Shown: positions 49,023-61,185 of the stretch, piece by piece | Layout: every line of letters starts with the position of its first letter | Numbering within the stretch: position 1 is the first letter of the stretch | Origin: Negaprion brevirostris | Taxonomy: Eukaryota | NCBI GenBank assembly: GCA_030324005.1 | Contig: JARDVH010000157.1 | Location: 22,704,208-22,768,207 of the forward strand | Direction: 5' to 3' | Length of the DNA stretch: 64,000 nt | Made by a program: the position numbers and the translations under genes | Notes under the pieces: model-generated | What the model was told of the DNA's origin: nothing | Database searches by the model: none | Seen by the model: the letters and a program-made list of their open reading frames with translations, nothing else

Positions 49023-52013
49023 GTAAGTTCCAAGGTTTCTCTAGGCAGGGTTTTGATAAATAGTGTGGTGAAAAGCAGCAACTCATGTATAGGTTCCCCA
49101 GATGGATTTATTGAGGAAATCTGTTCATTCGTGCCGTTGTTGGATATGGAAGAAAATTGAAACCAGTAGCAGCTCTGGCCGATTCGCAGTGGATCTATCC
49201 TGCAGCTGGCTGGATGACTACTCCTGGGATAAATTTGGTTAGTTTGATGGAAGGTTTCTGTCAGTTAATATGGAGTTAACCCTCGTAATAAGCTTCCCTT
49301 TTCTCCCTGGATTGCAAGCAGTTCCCTCTGGATGTATCCCTTCGATCGAGTGGCTATAATATTACTGTCTGATGCAACTAACCTGAGGAATACCTACATT
49401 TTGAGGCAATACTGAAGTGCATTGAAGACTTTCTGCAATATTATATTTGGCTTTGGTTTAAACATAAAGTATCGATGCACATTCTTTGGATATGAAATAT
49501 TTCTATGAAGATAGAGTACTCTTGTGATTTACCATTTCCTGGAAGGATCTTACAGCCAATGATTTTCAACAGGAATACATGCAAGGAAAGCTGAAGAATG
49601 AGGACGTAACACATACAGTTATCATGGGTCTACAAATCTGTACTGTTTATTTTGTTTCTCCCTGATTGGATCTTTTGGATATTTATGGGCTAAAGATAAA
49701 ATATTAGAAATTTTTAAAACAGTTGGAATGCCATTTTCCCCGTATAATGGAATAGAGGTCATTATCTCTTCAACATGGGATTATATGCACCTTTAAGTAG
49801 TTGTATGGCAGAATGGATTACCTGGTTTGTGTTTGACACACTTCTTGATTCTACCTTATTGTACCAATGGACTATCAAACAAGGGAAAACTGTTAGTGGA
49901 TGCGTCACGTTTTAATTTTCAGACCAAATGTGAAAAGATTTCATGAGAACTGAATGGCTACTGACTGCTAGAAAATGGATAATAAATGCCTTCTACTAGA
50001 AGAAAGAAAGCGCTGTGCCCTGGGAGTGACGGGTATAGTTGCTTAATATCGTCTCAAGAATTGGGATACATCTCTCTACTGACACGCATCAAATTGAACT
50101 TCGCAATCTCAGAAAGGTCTTGGGGTTTGGGAGTCACTTTTAANNNNNNNNNNNNNNNNNNNNNNNNNNNNNNNNNNNNNNNNNNNNNNNNNNNNNNNNN
50201 NNNNNNNNNNNNNNNNNNNNNNNNNNNNNNNNNNNNNNNNNNNACTTTTAACTTTGGGAGCTATCTGTTTACAGGCGAATGCACTTAACACTGGCAATGG
50301 AAGTTTATCTTTCTTGGGCGTTCAGTTTTCTTGATACAATCCCCAAATCATTGCGGCACTAGCACTATCCGAAGTTGGATTACCCCTTTAAGAGGGGACC
50401 AAATTGGGAATGTTTGTACACTTTTCTCTCCCTAGATTTAATTGGGATTTAGGTCGTGTTTACTGCAGTCTAAAAAGGTTGGTATGTCCTGCCATGTATA
50501 TCTTAGCCCCTCTCCTAACCCAGTCAACCCTTCCTTTCCACTAACTCCAGTAGTCATTAGCACTGCTAGAAACTCAAACAGCACCTTAGCCAGTAGAATC
50601 TCACTGACTTACAGCTCTATTAGCTCCTCTGCCTGTCTCTGTGTCTTTCATGAATTAGAAGTTTGTATATTTTGTATGTCAGCTGATGCAGTAACGCTTT
50701 GGAATCAGCTTGCTTCTTCTGATTGCTGAAAGGTCAGTGTAAAATGATTCCACAGTATGTTGTAAGCTCAGTTCTGTAACTGTAGCTTATAAAATTAAAT
50801 CAAGTTGACTTGCATAGTTTAGTGCTTTGCTGCTCAGTGTTTCCTGAATCTGTAGAATGTTTAAAAAATTAATGTTTTAATAACTTATGTGGGAGACATG
50901 TAGAATGAATAGGGACAAAAATGGCCAGAATGAAAATGAAGTAATTTAATAAGAACACAGTGCAGAATTCAGAAATTAAAGTAACCACATTTCTTTAATA
51001 CATTGTTACTGAAGCAAAATATTTAGCAAATTAATGAATCAGGAAATCTTTTAATGATCTCTTCTATATCTTTAATGCCTGAAAATTGGGAAGTATAACT
51101 AGCTAAAAAAAATTAGAAAGTATCACTCCATTTGAAAGTGAGGAAGTAAATGTTTAATTTTAAAGGATGGACATTGGAAGAAAGCAGTTGATTTTTTGAA
51201 AAGTACCTTCTTGAACAAATGTGAAAAGTGAATCAGGCTAGCTTTTTGTTGTCTTTTGGACTTAAGCCCATGGCAAGAAACCAACAGTGTTGCATATTTT
51301 TGCTACAGCTTTCAGTGTTCTGCATTGGGAACTCGGGAAATTTGGGCAAGGGGGTTCACCTTTCAGCAATTGCTGTCTGGTAGTTAAAGTGATTACTGAG
51401 GTTCAGCCAGTTTGAATATTCAAAAATGGAATCACCATCATCTGTAGATAATCAGCACTGCTGCTGCTTAATTCCTGCTTTCTTCCAAGCGCAAGTTTTC
51501 TGGTTAAACACTGGCTACAAAATGTCTATCTTTGTCATTTGAGATTTGATGGTCAGTGCCCCTATGGATTGATTTGGTGTATGGCACAATATTTGAAAAT
51601 GTAAGGACTTCCTGTATAGTTTTAAAGTATCAACAGAGTAATTTAAAGTAATTGATTGAGCAGAGGGAACAGACAGTGGGTTCATTCTTAATGTGAAAAT
51701 ATCAAAACCTCTTTGTGTAATATATGTATTACTTGTGTATCAGTGCCTGGGAATTGGAAAACACAAACTCTACAGATGATTTAATTTAAAAAATTAAAGT
51801 TAAAGGGAAACCTGATTCAACTATTTTAGGTCGATACTGAATACATTGCTATTGCTAATTTCTCTATTGTTTCTATATGCTCTCTAGTTAAAATTCAAAT
51901 GCTTATTTTCCCAGAGCTTACTAGGGGCAAGTTGGGGAATTTTTTGCTATCTTGCTGATGCTTGACAGATTCTTATTTTTTCCTCCTCCTCCCCATCCCC
52001 AAACAAAACACAG

Positions 52014-52487
52014 GGCTTCTGATAACAGGGAGCGTACTTATGATCACAGTGCCTATGGACACCACGATCGTACAGCAACAGGGTTTGATCGCCCCAGACA
52101 TTATGAACAGGATTACTATAGAGATCCCCGAGATCGAACTATACAACATGGAGTTTATTATGGGTCAAGAAGTCGAAGTCCAACTCGATTTGAAGCTCAT
52201 GATCCACGTTATGAACAAAGAGGGAGGGAACAGTTTGCAATATCAAGTGTAGTGCACCGAGACCTCTACAGGGAAGATATTACTCGGGAAGTAAGAGGGA
52301 GACGACAGGAAAAAAATTATCAGCACAGCAGGAGTCGATCCCCACATTCCTCACGGTCAGGAAACCAGTCACCGCAGCGATCTAGTCAAGCATCAAGGTC
52401 ACGCCGTTCTCCCAGTGGCAGTGGGTCTCGGAGTAGGTCATCAAGCAGTGATTCAGTCAGCAGCAGCAGTAGTACCAGCAGTGACAG
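52014..52487 (+). CDS. SPEN: SPEN coding exon 3 (Arg/Asp/Tyr- and Ser-rich region)
   Basis: Acceptor aaaacacAG ending 52013; ASDNRERTYDHSAYGHHDR...SRSRSPHSS...SSSSTSSD. Donor AG|GTAGGT at 52488. 474 nt, phase 2-2. I did not find exon 4 in the window. Confidence 0.96.
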
Positions 52488-54604
52488 GTAGGTGGAGAGG
52501 AGCATAACCAAGTAGTTCCCACCATATGACATCAGAGCAAAGGGAATCATGTGGATATTGTTTTTACCAGTCATCGGAAAAGGTGAACTGTACAAGTCAG
52601 TAAATCAGCCTGTTCTTTATGCTGTCAAATTTTTGTTTTAATCTTTTTTTCCTGAGATTCTGAAAATTGTGTAATTAAATAATGGGGAAAAAAGCATTGA
52701 ATCCTGCTTTAACAAAACTTGTGATGTTCCTGTGTGATATAGAAGTAATGAATGTATTGCTCTCAATGGGATTTCAGTAAAGTGCAATAATAAGGAACAT
52801 TTTCATGCACTGACAACTGAACTGTGGAAAACACCTAGCAGTACAGTTGCCCTTCTGAAAGTGGATTGCATCCGGAGGATCATTTTATATTACAAGACTA
52901 GGGTGAATTTCTGGCGAAGAGCAATTTGAGGTGGTAAGATTATTACATAAGCTTTTCCTCTTCCATGACATTTTGATACCAATGAGTTTGGCAACACTTG
53001 AATGTGGGCCCTTACGACAGATGAATGATGTTCAGTTCAGGATGAGCACTCAACTAAGGTGGTGATCAGTTTAGAAAAATAACTTGGGCATTATTTAATT
53101 TACAAATGTTAGTGTTCCCATTTGCTTCAGGAATGCAGTTAATGTGTGGCATTCCATGTCTTGTGCGTGTAATCTTGTGAAATTACTTACTTAAACTATG
53201 CAGATAGTGGCAGGACAGCAACATTGCATTCTCATACATTACCATTGAGGTGTAAAGCCACTTTCAACAAACTATCATCAGTGCATACATGGCAGCAACT
53301 TGTTGATTCACAATAAGAAGTAAACTATACAGAAACAGCCTGTTTGTGGGAGGTCCTAAGAGCACAAAGTAAACAATACTTTCAAAGTTTATAATAAAAT
53401 TTTCAATGAAAAGATACTGTTTTTAAAATAGTTCTGTATTCTATTCCAGTTACATTTTCATATTTGTAATATTGTTTGCAAAGTGTACATATTTTGTCAA
53501 TGACCGTTTGCACGTATTTTTACCACTTGACACTGCCTTCCAAGTGATTTTTTAAGGAAATGTAGCTATATGATCTGAATAAGTAGCCTGTGTTTCAGTG
53601 TTTTATGTAGGTCAGCAGCTGGGTTGATGCGCTTTGTGCAAATATACTTTCTCTGCTCTGAATTCACAGGAATTTTATGGTAGTCGTCAATTTGTCATTC
53701 CTTTTGTAAACCTAAAAATAGGAACACTAAATGGCCCTGATTCCTTTGAGTTGTGAAATAGAAAAATCTTACTTTATTATGCAAGGATTGAACTTTATAG
53801 TGCATGTTTTTGACTGATCTTCAAATTTCCAAAAGTAAGTTATAATGTATAACCTATAGATTTTGTTGGTGATGCAATTGTGTGCATGATAGCTATCATC
53901 AGTCCTGGAATTGGATTTGAATATGCTGTGTTACTGTTATTGGCTAACTCTTTAATCGACTTCATATCTAAGTAAGTTCACTAGAGGTTCAGGATTCAAA
54001 ACCACCTCCGCTCGTGAAGCATTGCTGCAGTGTAAATTACAATGCCAGGGCTGTTTATCTGGAAAGATCTGACAAAGGCTGTTACCTTTCATAAACAGAA
54101 TTGGAATATGTGATAATATTTCCTGAGTAAATCCTTATCATTGTTAAGGCATTGCACAATATTCTTAAAATATACAACAACATCTAAATTTGTATCCTAA
54201 TTAGGTGTATTGCTGTTAATGATGTGTGAGTTTACTAAAAGATACTCTGGGTGTAAATACATTTTTGGCTAACACTGTTTACCATACTACTGTTGATTGA
54301 TTCAGAGGTAGATGAGTGCAGTTAATTCCTCCTGCCCTTCTTGATCCTCAAATTGCAAAGCAAGAGTTTCACAGCAGGAAAAAACAGGTGTGAATCTCTA
54401 GCATATATAATTTATGTAAATGAAGCCACAGTTCTTTCTATGAGCTGGTAACATTTATGCTGAATAGAGGCATAAGTGGGGCAGTGTTGATTTTCTGGTT
54501 TTGCAGGGTAAAAAGGATTAAATTGTTATGCACTTGTACTCATTTTTAATATGTCCATTGGTGTACTGCCGTTTGTCTTTAGCAACCCATAACTCTGGAT
54601 TTTT

Positions 54605-54938
54605 AAATTCTTCTCATAGGATGTGGGTATCGCTGTGTGGGCCAGCATTTATTGCTCATCCCTAATGGCCCTTGAGGAGGTGGTTAAGAGTCAACCACAT
54701 AGCTGTGGATTTGGAGTATCATATAGGTCAGATCAGGCAAGGATGGCCGATTTCAACTCCTAAAGAACATTAGTAAACCAGATGAGTTTTTGATGACAAT
54801 TGACAATGGACATTTTAATTCCATGTTTTTATTGAATTTAGGTTTCACCATCTGCCATGGTGGAATTCAAGCCTAGATTTCCAAAACATTACCCTCAGAT
54901 TTTGGATTACTAGTCCAATGATTATACCACTAGACCAC
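54605..54938 (-). mobile_element. Shark SINE family A
   Basis: ggatgtgggtatcgctg...ccagcatttattgc...taagagtcaaccacat...aaaccagatg...ccatctgccatggtggaattc...attactagtcca. Confidence 0.85.
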
Positions 54939-56344
54939 CCTTGAGGAGGCAGATGCAGTTTTTATTAGCACAGTGGAATTTTATTGAACAGTAAGTATTA
55001 TTTAAATGGCTACTGTTAATGAAGAAAAAATATATATTTATTCCTTATGCACAGATGCATAAGGAATAAATCAGTGTTGAGCCAAAGAAGGAGATAGAAG
55101 TAAAGTTTGGTCAAACAGAAGGATTTCAAGAGAGGTCTTAAAGATACATGGGCAGCTGGGTTTAGGTGGGGAATACCCAAGTGTCTAAAAGCACACCAAT
55201 GTGGAATCATTTGTCAACCAGGTATTCGGTTAAAAACCAGACATCTTGCCTCATTTCCTCTGTCAAAATTGTGATGTGTTATTACTTTCAAAGCCCAGCC
55301 TTCCTCCCCTGCCCATGCGTAATATTCATAACAAGTTGCTGTTTTGACACTTGTTTTTGTCAACAACTCTAGATATTTTATTGTTTTTGTAAAATGAAAT
55401 ATTCTTAATTGTTACAAGGACCTGACTCGATTTTAAGTGGCTTTTGATTGGATCATAAATGGATTGCTACATTCAAGGAGAACGTTCTTGTACTGTGAAG
55501 TACAGAGGCCAAAAGTCCTTGTAAATACATAACCAAACTATAGAAAGCAGAACAAATAAATGTTCCCTTTCAAACAAAGTGAACTACTTTAATGAGGTAA
55601 CCATTTATGGCCTTTATTACGCTGTAGTCTGTATTTGGCCTCCTGTCAGTTTTCAGTTTCAGAAACCAGTTAACAGTGGGAGTTTCCTTTATCCTGCCCT
55701 TTTTCTAAATAGAGGTTAAAAACAATTCTGAGCTAAAGCCCTGTGCAAAATTACAACTGTAATTCCCATAGCTTTAATTGTCATGTCAGTGCCAAAGAAC
55801 AAGCCTCATTTAGCATTATTAATATTATAAGATAAATTTATGTTATTAGTGTACATTTAATTTGAATCAGTACTATTGATGGATGTAGCCCCTGTTCAAC
55901 ATCAGTGGAAAGCAGGATCTGATGTTCAGAAGTTTCTGTCTTTTGTATTTGAAAGATTGGCAAAGCTGATTACTGAGCACCCACACTGAGGAATTGGCAG
56001 GAAATGTGAGTGAGGCCCAAAGCTGCCTGTGTGCTTTGTTTCTTCTTGGTTATTGCTAGGGTGTGAGTCATAGTACCTGCTTTTAAGTTGGCCAATATAA
56101 AAAACAGTTATATGGTGTTAGTTAATTAAGTCATATATACCTGCCCAAGAGATCAATAAATCATTCAAGGATACAAATAGTCCTAAATTATTTAATGACT
56201 TGGATTTAATACCCAAATCTAATGATTGAACAGCTATTTTTGTATTTCAGTGTTTTGCTGATGGTGGATCCCATTGTCAAAGTAATTATACTTTAATATT
56301 TTAGGGCAGAACAATGAATTTTGGTACTCTTCCAATAATGTAGC

Positions 56345-56645
56345 TGGTTAAAATGGCAAATTGACAAGCCATCCAGATCAGGAAGTCCCAGGTTTGATTT
56401 CTGGTCTGTAAGAAATTAGTTAATCCTTGCCAGAATAGTTTACATATTCCTTCTGACTTCTGCTATAAGTGTGGGTGTGGATTGTCGCTGAACATTAGCT
56501 GTTGTGCTCAATAAAATAAGATAAAATAAATAAAAAAGTAGATAATATTTTCTTAACACTTGTTGTTGAAACTGGCATGTAAAGACTGGCCTACTTGGGT
56601 AAGGCACTGGAGACCAACTGGTATATGCAGAGTTGCACCCAGAGA
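56345..56645 (+). mobile_element. AmnSINE2-like ancient SINE
   Basis: agccatccagatcaggaagtcccaggtttgatttctggtctg...ggcctacttgggtaaggcactggag. Confidence 0.55.
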
Positions 56646-58784
56646 AGATTAGAAATTAGAAACTAATTAAATCTAGAAAAATACACTGTAAATGTGTTAT
56701 CTTGTATAATTACCAAAAAATCATCTTTTGAGGCTGTAAAAATATAAAGGTTAGTAACTTTGGAGATTCAGGATCAAGCAACCTTCAAGTTCTTCTGGAT
56801 TGTGTTTTTACACGTTGTTGTGAAAGTCTTTCAAAAAATAATGATCTGCAAGTAAGTAAGCAGTCTAAATACTTCATGCACTTTAACCATTCAATTCTGA
56901 TTTGAAATAAGGGAAATTGTTGGTTGATGTTGAATATATGAAGCAAGATAGATTGGGCATAATTGAACTACAAAATTAGCAGGTTACCTTATTTCAGTCT
57001 AAGATATGACACTCTACAACTCATTACTTAGCCCAACAATCCAAATGTTAAATTTATAGAAATTCCAGAATTGTGCAGAGTTTATGGTTTAGGTACAAAA
57101 TAATAGGAAGTAAAAATTGCTTGCATACAGTTAACTGCCAAACTTTTAGATAAAACTGGAGAAATAATAAACTTATTTTTTTGTATTCTACGTTTTCAGT
57201 TTCAAACTGAAATTCTTCTGCAACTGAAAAGTGGCTTGGGAAGCAAAAATTGAAGCTGATTATTAAACTTCAAAGAAGCATTTGATATGTACTGCAGCAA
57301 CATATCAGAATCCTTCATAAGATTTTAAATTATTGAATCTGAAATTGGGACAAAAGGAAAATATAACACTCTGATTCCTATAGTATAACTGTGAGAGGAT
57401 GGTAGAACTTACAGATAGAATTTTATACCCCATGTCACCAGTTGACTGGCACCCCAAACAACCCTTTCAGTAGGTGGACGGGACCACTGCTTTCCCATAA
57501 AATCCAGTCTTTTGAACGTGCAAAGTTGACAGGGTGGGGAAAAAAAAACCAGTTAATCCATTAAAGCTGTCCAAGATTCAGTAATGACATCATGACTAAA
57601 CACTCNNNNNNNNNNTGATGCATGTAATCAGTTTTGGCACTACCAACACGCCACTATGTTTATTTTGATTAACTGTAGTTTGCCACTGTCAGGTCTGCTC
57701 TGCTGGTGCAGTTAAATCTTTATTTGATTGCATGCCGCTACTGTCCTGACTACTGCATAATCTTGATGACATCTGCAAATTTATTGACTGTACTTCCAAC
57801 ACCACTCAGGTGTAGTTCAGGTTTTAATGCATTTGTTTCCTGTTTTTGCTTGTCTAATTTACGTTTTTTTGCCTATTTCTTATTTTCTGAGTCATCGGTG
57901 AATGATGATTGAGTTAAACAGTGGCACTTTGGATTTCTAGCTCCATTTTCTTTGGATTGAAAATAGCCTTTGGAGATTTATAGGTGCTTGATAGAAATTG
58001 CTTGCATTTGTTGTGTGAAAGATTTAGACTTGTGAATTTGTGGTAAGAGGAAATTGGGTCTCCTCAAGTCCCTGACGATTCACTAAAGTTTGGATACCTT
58101 CTGTGTGAATAGTCCAGTCCTTTCCAATAGATGCTGTCTTTTAATTGAAGTAGCTTCATATTTCGATTACATTATACTAGTTCTTCCCATTGCAGTGCCT
58201 TGGGATTGTACTTTTCTTTATAGCCTGAAAACCACTGATAGTGATTGTCACTAGTTTGTTGCCAATGTAAAACTGATAAACTCTCGTCACTGACTTCCCA
58301 ACCAGAGGAAGGAAATGATCCTACCAAAACTATCCATACTTTTAAAACCTTCTATTGAACTGCCTGTTTGCATTCTCTACTCCAGTGGAAATAGTTGCAC
58401 TATCTTGAATCTCTTCTCAGAACTATAGTTTCTCATTACCTCATAATTCTGGTGAATGCATGCTCACAATGACTTTAATGTTCTTTCTTCTGTAATGGAA
58501 TGGCCAAAGCTTTCGTGTTTTTGACTTGTGATCTAAACATTCCAAGTGTAAATTTATCATCACTGTACAACTCTTATGCCCTGCCAATGTTCATAAAATC
58601 CAAAATTATTTGGCTTTTTAGATGGTTTTGCTTACCTTGTATTTTCATGGTGCATTTGAATCTTGAAGTGCACCTGTTCCATTCAGTTCTCATAGTGACT
58701 GCATGCTTTCTCTTTCAAATTATATTACCTCTTACTTCTCCACTTCCTGAAATTGCATCCATCTATGCTGGTATTTTTTCTATT

Positions 58785-58945
58785 GATTCATGGGATGTGG
58801 GCATTGCTCCCTAGGCCAGTGTTTATTGTCCATCCCTAATCGCTCTTGAGAAGGTGATGGCAAGCTGCTGCCTTGACCTGCTTTGGTCCACGTGACATAA
58901 GGTATACTATAGTGCTATTAGAGAGGGTGTTCTAAGATTTTGATG
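58785..58945 (-). mobile_element. L2/SINE-A tail
   Basis: attcatgggatgtgggcattgct...ggccagtgtttattgtccatccctaatcgctcttgagaaggtg. Confidence 0.7.
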
Positions 58946-59659
58946 CTTCTGGAACTATAGTTCAGTCCTTGCTGTTTGTCAAGTTCCATTCTTCAGTATC
59001 ATCTGCAAATTTCAGTGTCATGTCCAAACTCATCTCTGATCTGGACTGTACCCCTATAGTCCTTGCCCTTTGTTTCCTGATCATTAGCAAATTCTCTCTA
59101 CACTAATTTTCTTGTTACCTCAATTTTTTTTTTAAAACAAACCTCCTGGGACATATCATATCAAGTGTTTTCTGAACATGCGTGCACACTACATATTCTG
59201 CATTCTCGCCCGGCACCTCTTCCGACAACAATAAAATCTGTCAAATACAATATGCCTTTAACAAATCTGTGTCAGCTTGCTTGATTAAGCTATGCATTTC
59301 TAAACTAATCTTGAGTTTTAGATAATTTTATCCTGTCATGGATTCTAAAGCTGAGTCTACAGCTGAGAGTAATTGTAACATTCTGACAGTCTCAGCCAAG
59401 ATCAATGCATTCTCTGTTAGGCCAGCTTTAAGGTGTTCCTCATGCCCCAGGGGCTACTGCACTTAACCTTTCATATTGGATTTCCACAGATCTCAGCTTC
59501 CACTCACCCTGAGGTTCAGTTAGAGAAGGTATAAGGCCCAGTGTGAGCCACTGCCACAACCTCATCACATAACAAGTATTGAGTGCTGTGTGCTTCTAAA
59601 CCTAATGTACATTTAAAACACACAAACGTTCATTTAAAACAGTTAAAGTTGTTATCAGT

Positions 59660-59758
59660 GAGTTCTGAATCTTTGGAATTCTCAATCCCGGAGAGAAGTG
59701 ACTGCTCATCATTGAGAATATTTAAGGCTGCAGTAGAGAGATTTTTGGTCTCTCAAGT
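59660..59758 (+). mobile_element. CR1 3' UTR fragment
   Basis: tgaatctttggaattctc...cattgagaatatttaaggctg...agagatttttgg. Confidence 0.65.
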
Positions 59759-59855
59759 GATATGGGGAGAGGGATATGGGGAGCAGGATAGGGGGAGTGG
59801 GATATGGGGAGAGGGATATGGGGAGCAGGATAGGGGGAGTGGGATATGGGGAGAG
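59759..59855 (+). repeat. G-rich 42-bp tandem repeat running into a gap
   Basis: Unit gatatggggagagggatatggggagcaggatagggggagtgg twice, plus a partial third copy. Confidence 0.9.
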
Positions 59856-60194
59856 NNNNNNNNNNNNNNNNNNNNNNNNNNNNNNNNNNNNNNNNNNNNN
59901 NNNNNNNNNNNNNNNNNNNNNNNNNNNNNNNNNNNNNNNNNNNNNNNNNNNNNNNTGCAGTAGTTTTCTGTAATGGTTATCCTTTGATCATTGTGTATTG
60001 TTGAATATTAGAAATGGTAGGTATGCAGAAGGTGCTTCTACCAGTCTTCAAGTCTGAATTTATTCCCTTTTTAAAAAAAAAAGCATGTCTGAGTCAGAAC
60101 TGCCGCAACATTGACCGAGTGTAACATATTCAACAATTAATGATTGAAAAGACTAACTGAAAGTTTGGGTTAATTGACAGGAAAGTGGGAAGAT

Positions 60195-60540
60195 GGTGAT
60201 GCACTGATAAAGTCATTGGACTGGTAATCCATATGTCCAGGCTAATGCTGTGGAGATCTCGTTCAACCCCCACCATGGCAACTGGTATTTAAATTCAGTT
60301 AATAAATCTAGAATTAATATGTTAGTCATTAGTAATGGTGACCATGATAACTGTCATTGATTGTAAAAACCAAGCTGGTTCACTAATACCCTTTTGGGAA
60401 AGAAATCTGACATCCTTAACCTGGTCTGGCCTACAGCAATGGGTTGACTCCTGTCCTTCTGAAATGGATTAGCAAGCCCCTCAGTTTGAGGGCAAATAGG
60501 GGGGTACTGACCTTGCCAATAATACCTGTATGCCGTAAAA
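60195..60540 (+). mobile_element. Shark SINE family A
   Basis: gtcattggactggtaatcca...ccaccatggca...gtgaccatga...gctggttcactaa...gggaaagaaatctg. Confidence 0.8.
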
Positions 60541-61004
60541 CAATTTTTTTAAAGTGATTAAAATTTTAAAAAAGATTAGAGCAGTTTTCTTAATAACTGA
60601 TAGGGAAAGTATATCTTTACTTTTTTAAAGATGAGAGAACAAGGTTTCATCTTTATTTGTTAACTAAGTTTGCCTGTCTATTTCTATTGTACAAATTCTG
60701 GATCTGCCACTGACTATGGAAAATAATTTCATAGCAAACATAATGGGAGCCAGCTGCCGGATACCACCCTCCCAGGAACTTAATCACAAGTATAATATTG
60801 ATACAGCTAAAGTGTGAAACATTTGAGAAAGTTCCTAGTGTAGTGTGTTTGAGTAGCCATCTTTTATTCGTAATTTGAATTTATGGTTTATTTAATTTAG
60901 ATTTATGCATCTTTAAAAGATATTGGCACCATGGAAAAATAAGACTAATAAAAGATCACTTGTAGAGCTTCCTGTACAATCAATTAGGAGTCTTTTTCTA
61001 ATTC

Positions 61005-61185
61005 CTGCAGGATATTGTAACAGTCAGTTTGCACACAACAGTTGAGGTCAAAATCCAATTCATCTCTTTAGCTGGTGTTTAAGTGGTGAACATTGGCCAG
61101 AATATTTGAAGATATTTTGCAATAATGCTACGAATCCATCTGAACACAGGAAATTGGGCCTCATATTTTTTCATTTGACACCATC
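61005..61185 (-). mobile_element. Degenerate Deu-SINE fragment
   Basis: cagtcagtttgcacacaaca...aacattggccagaata...gggcctc. Confidence 0.45.

Noticed and set aside
24590-52491. All three SPEN donors give an immediate in-frame stop on read-through
   Set aside because: Automatic consequence of phase-2 introns starting GTAA or GTAG.
52488-52604. 38-codon open frame after the exon 3 donor (VGGEEHNQ...CTSQ*)
   Set aside because: Out of frame with SPEN and of a length expected by chance.
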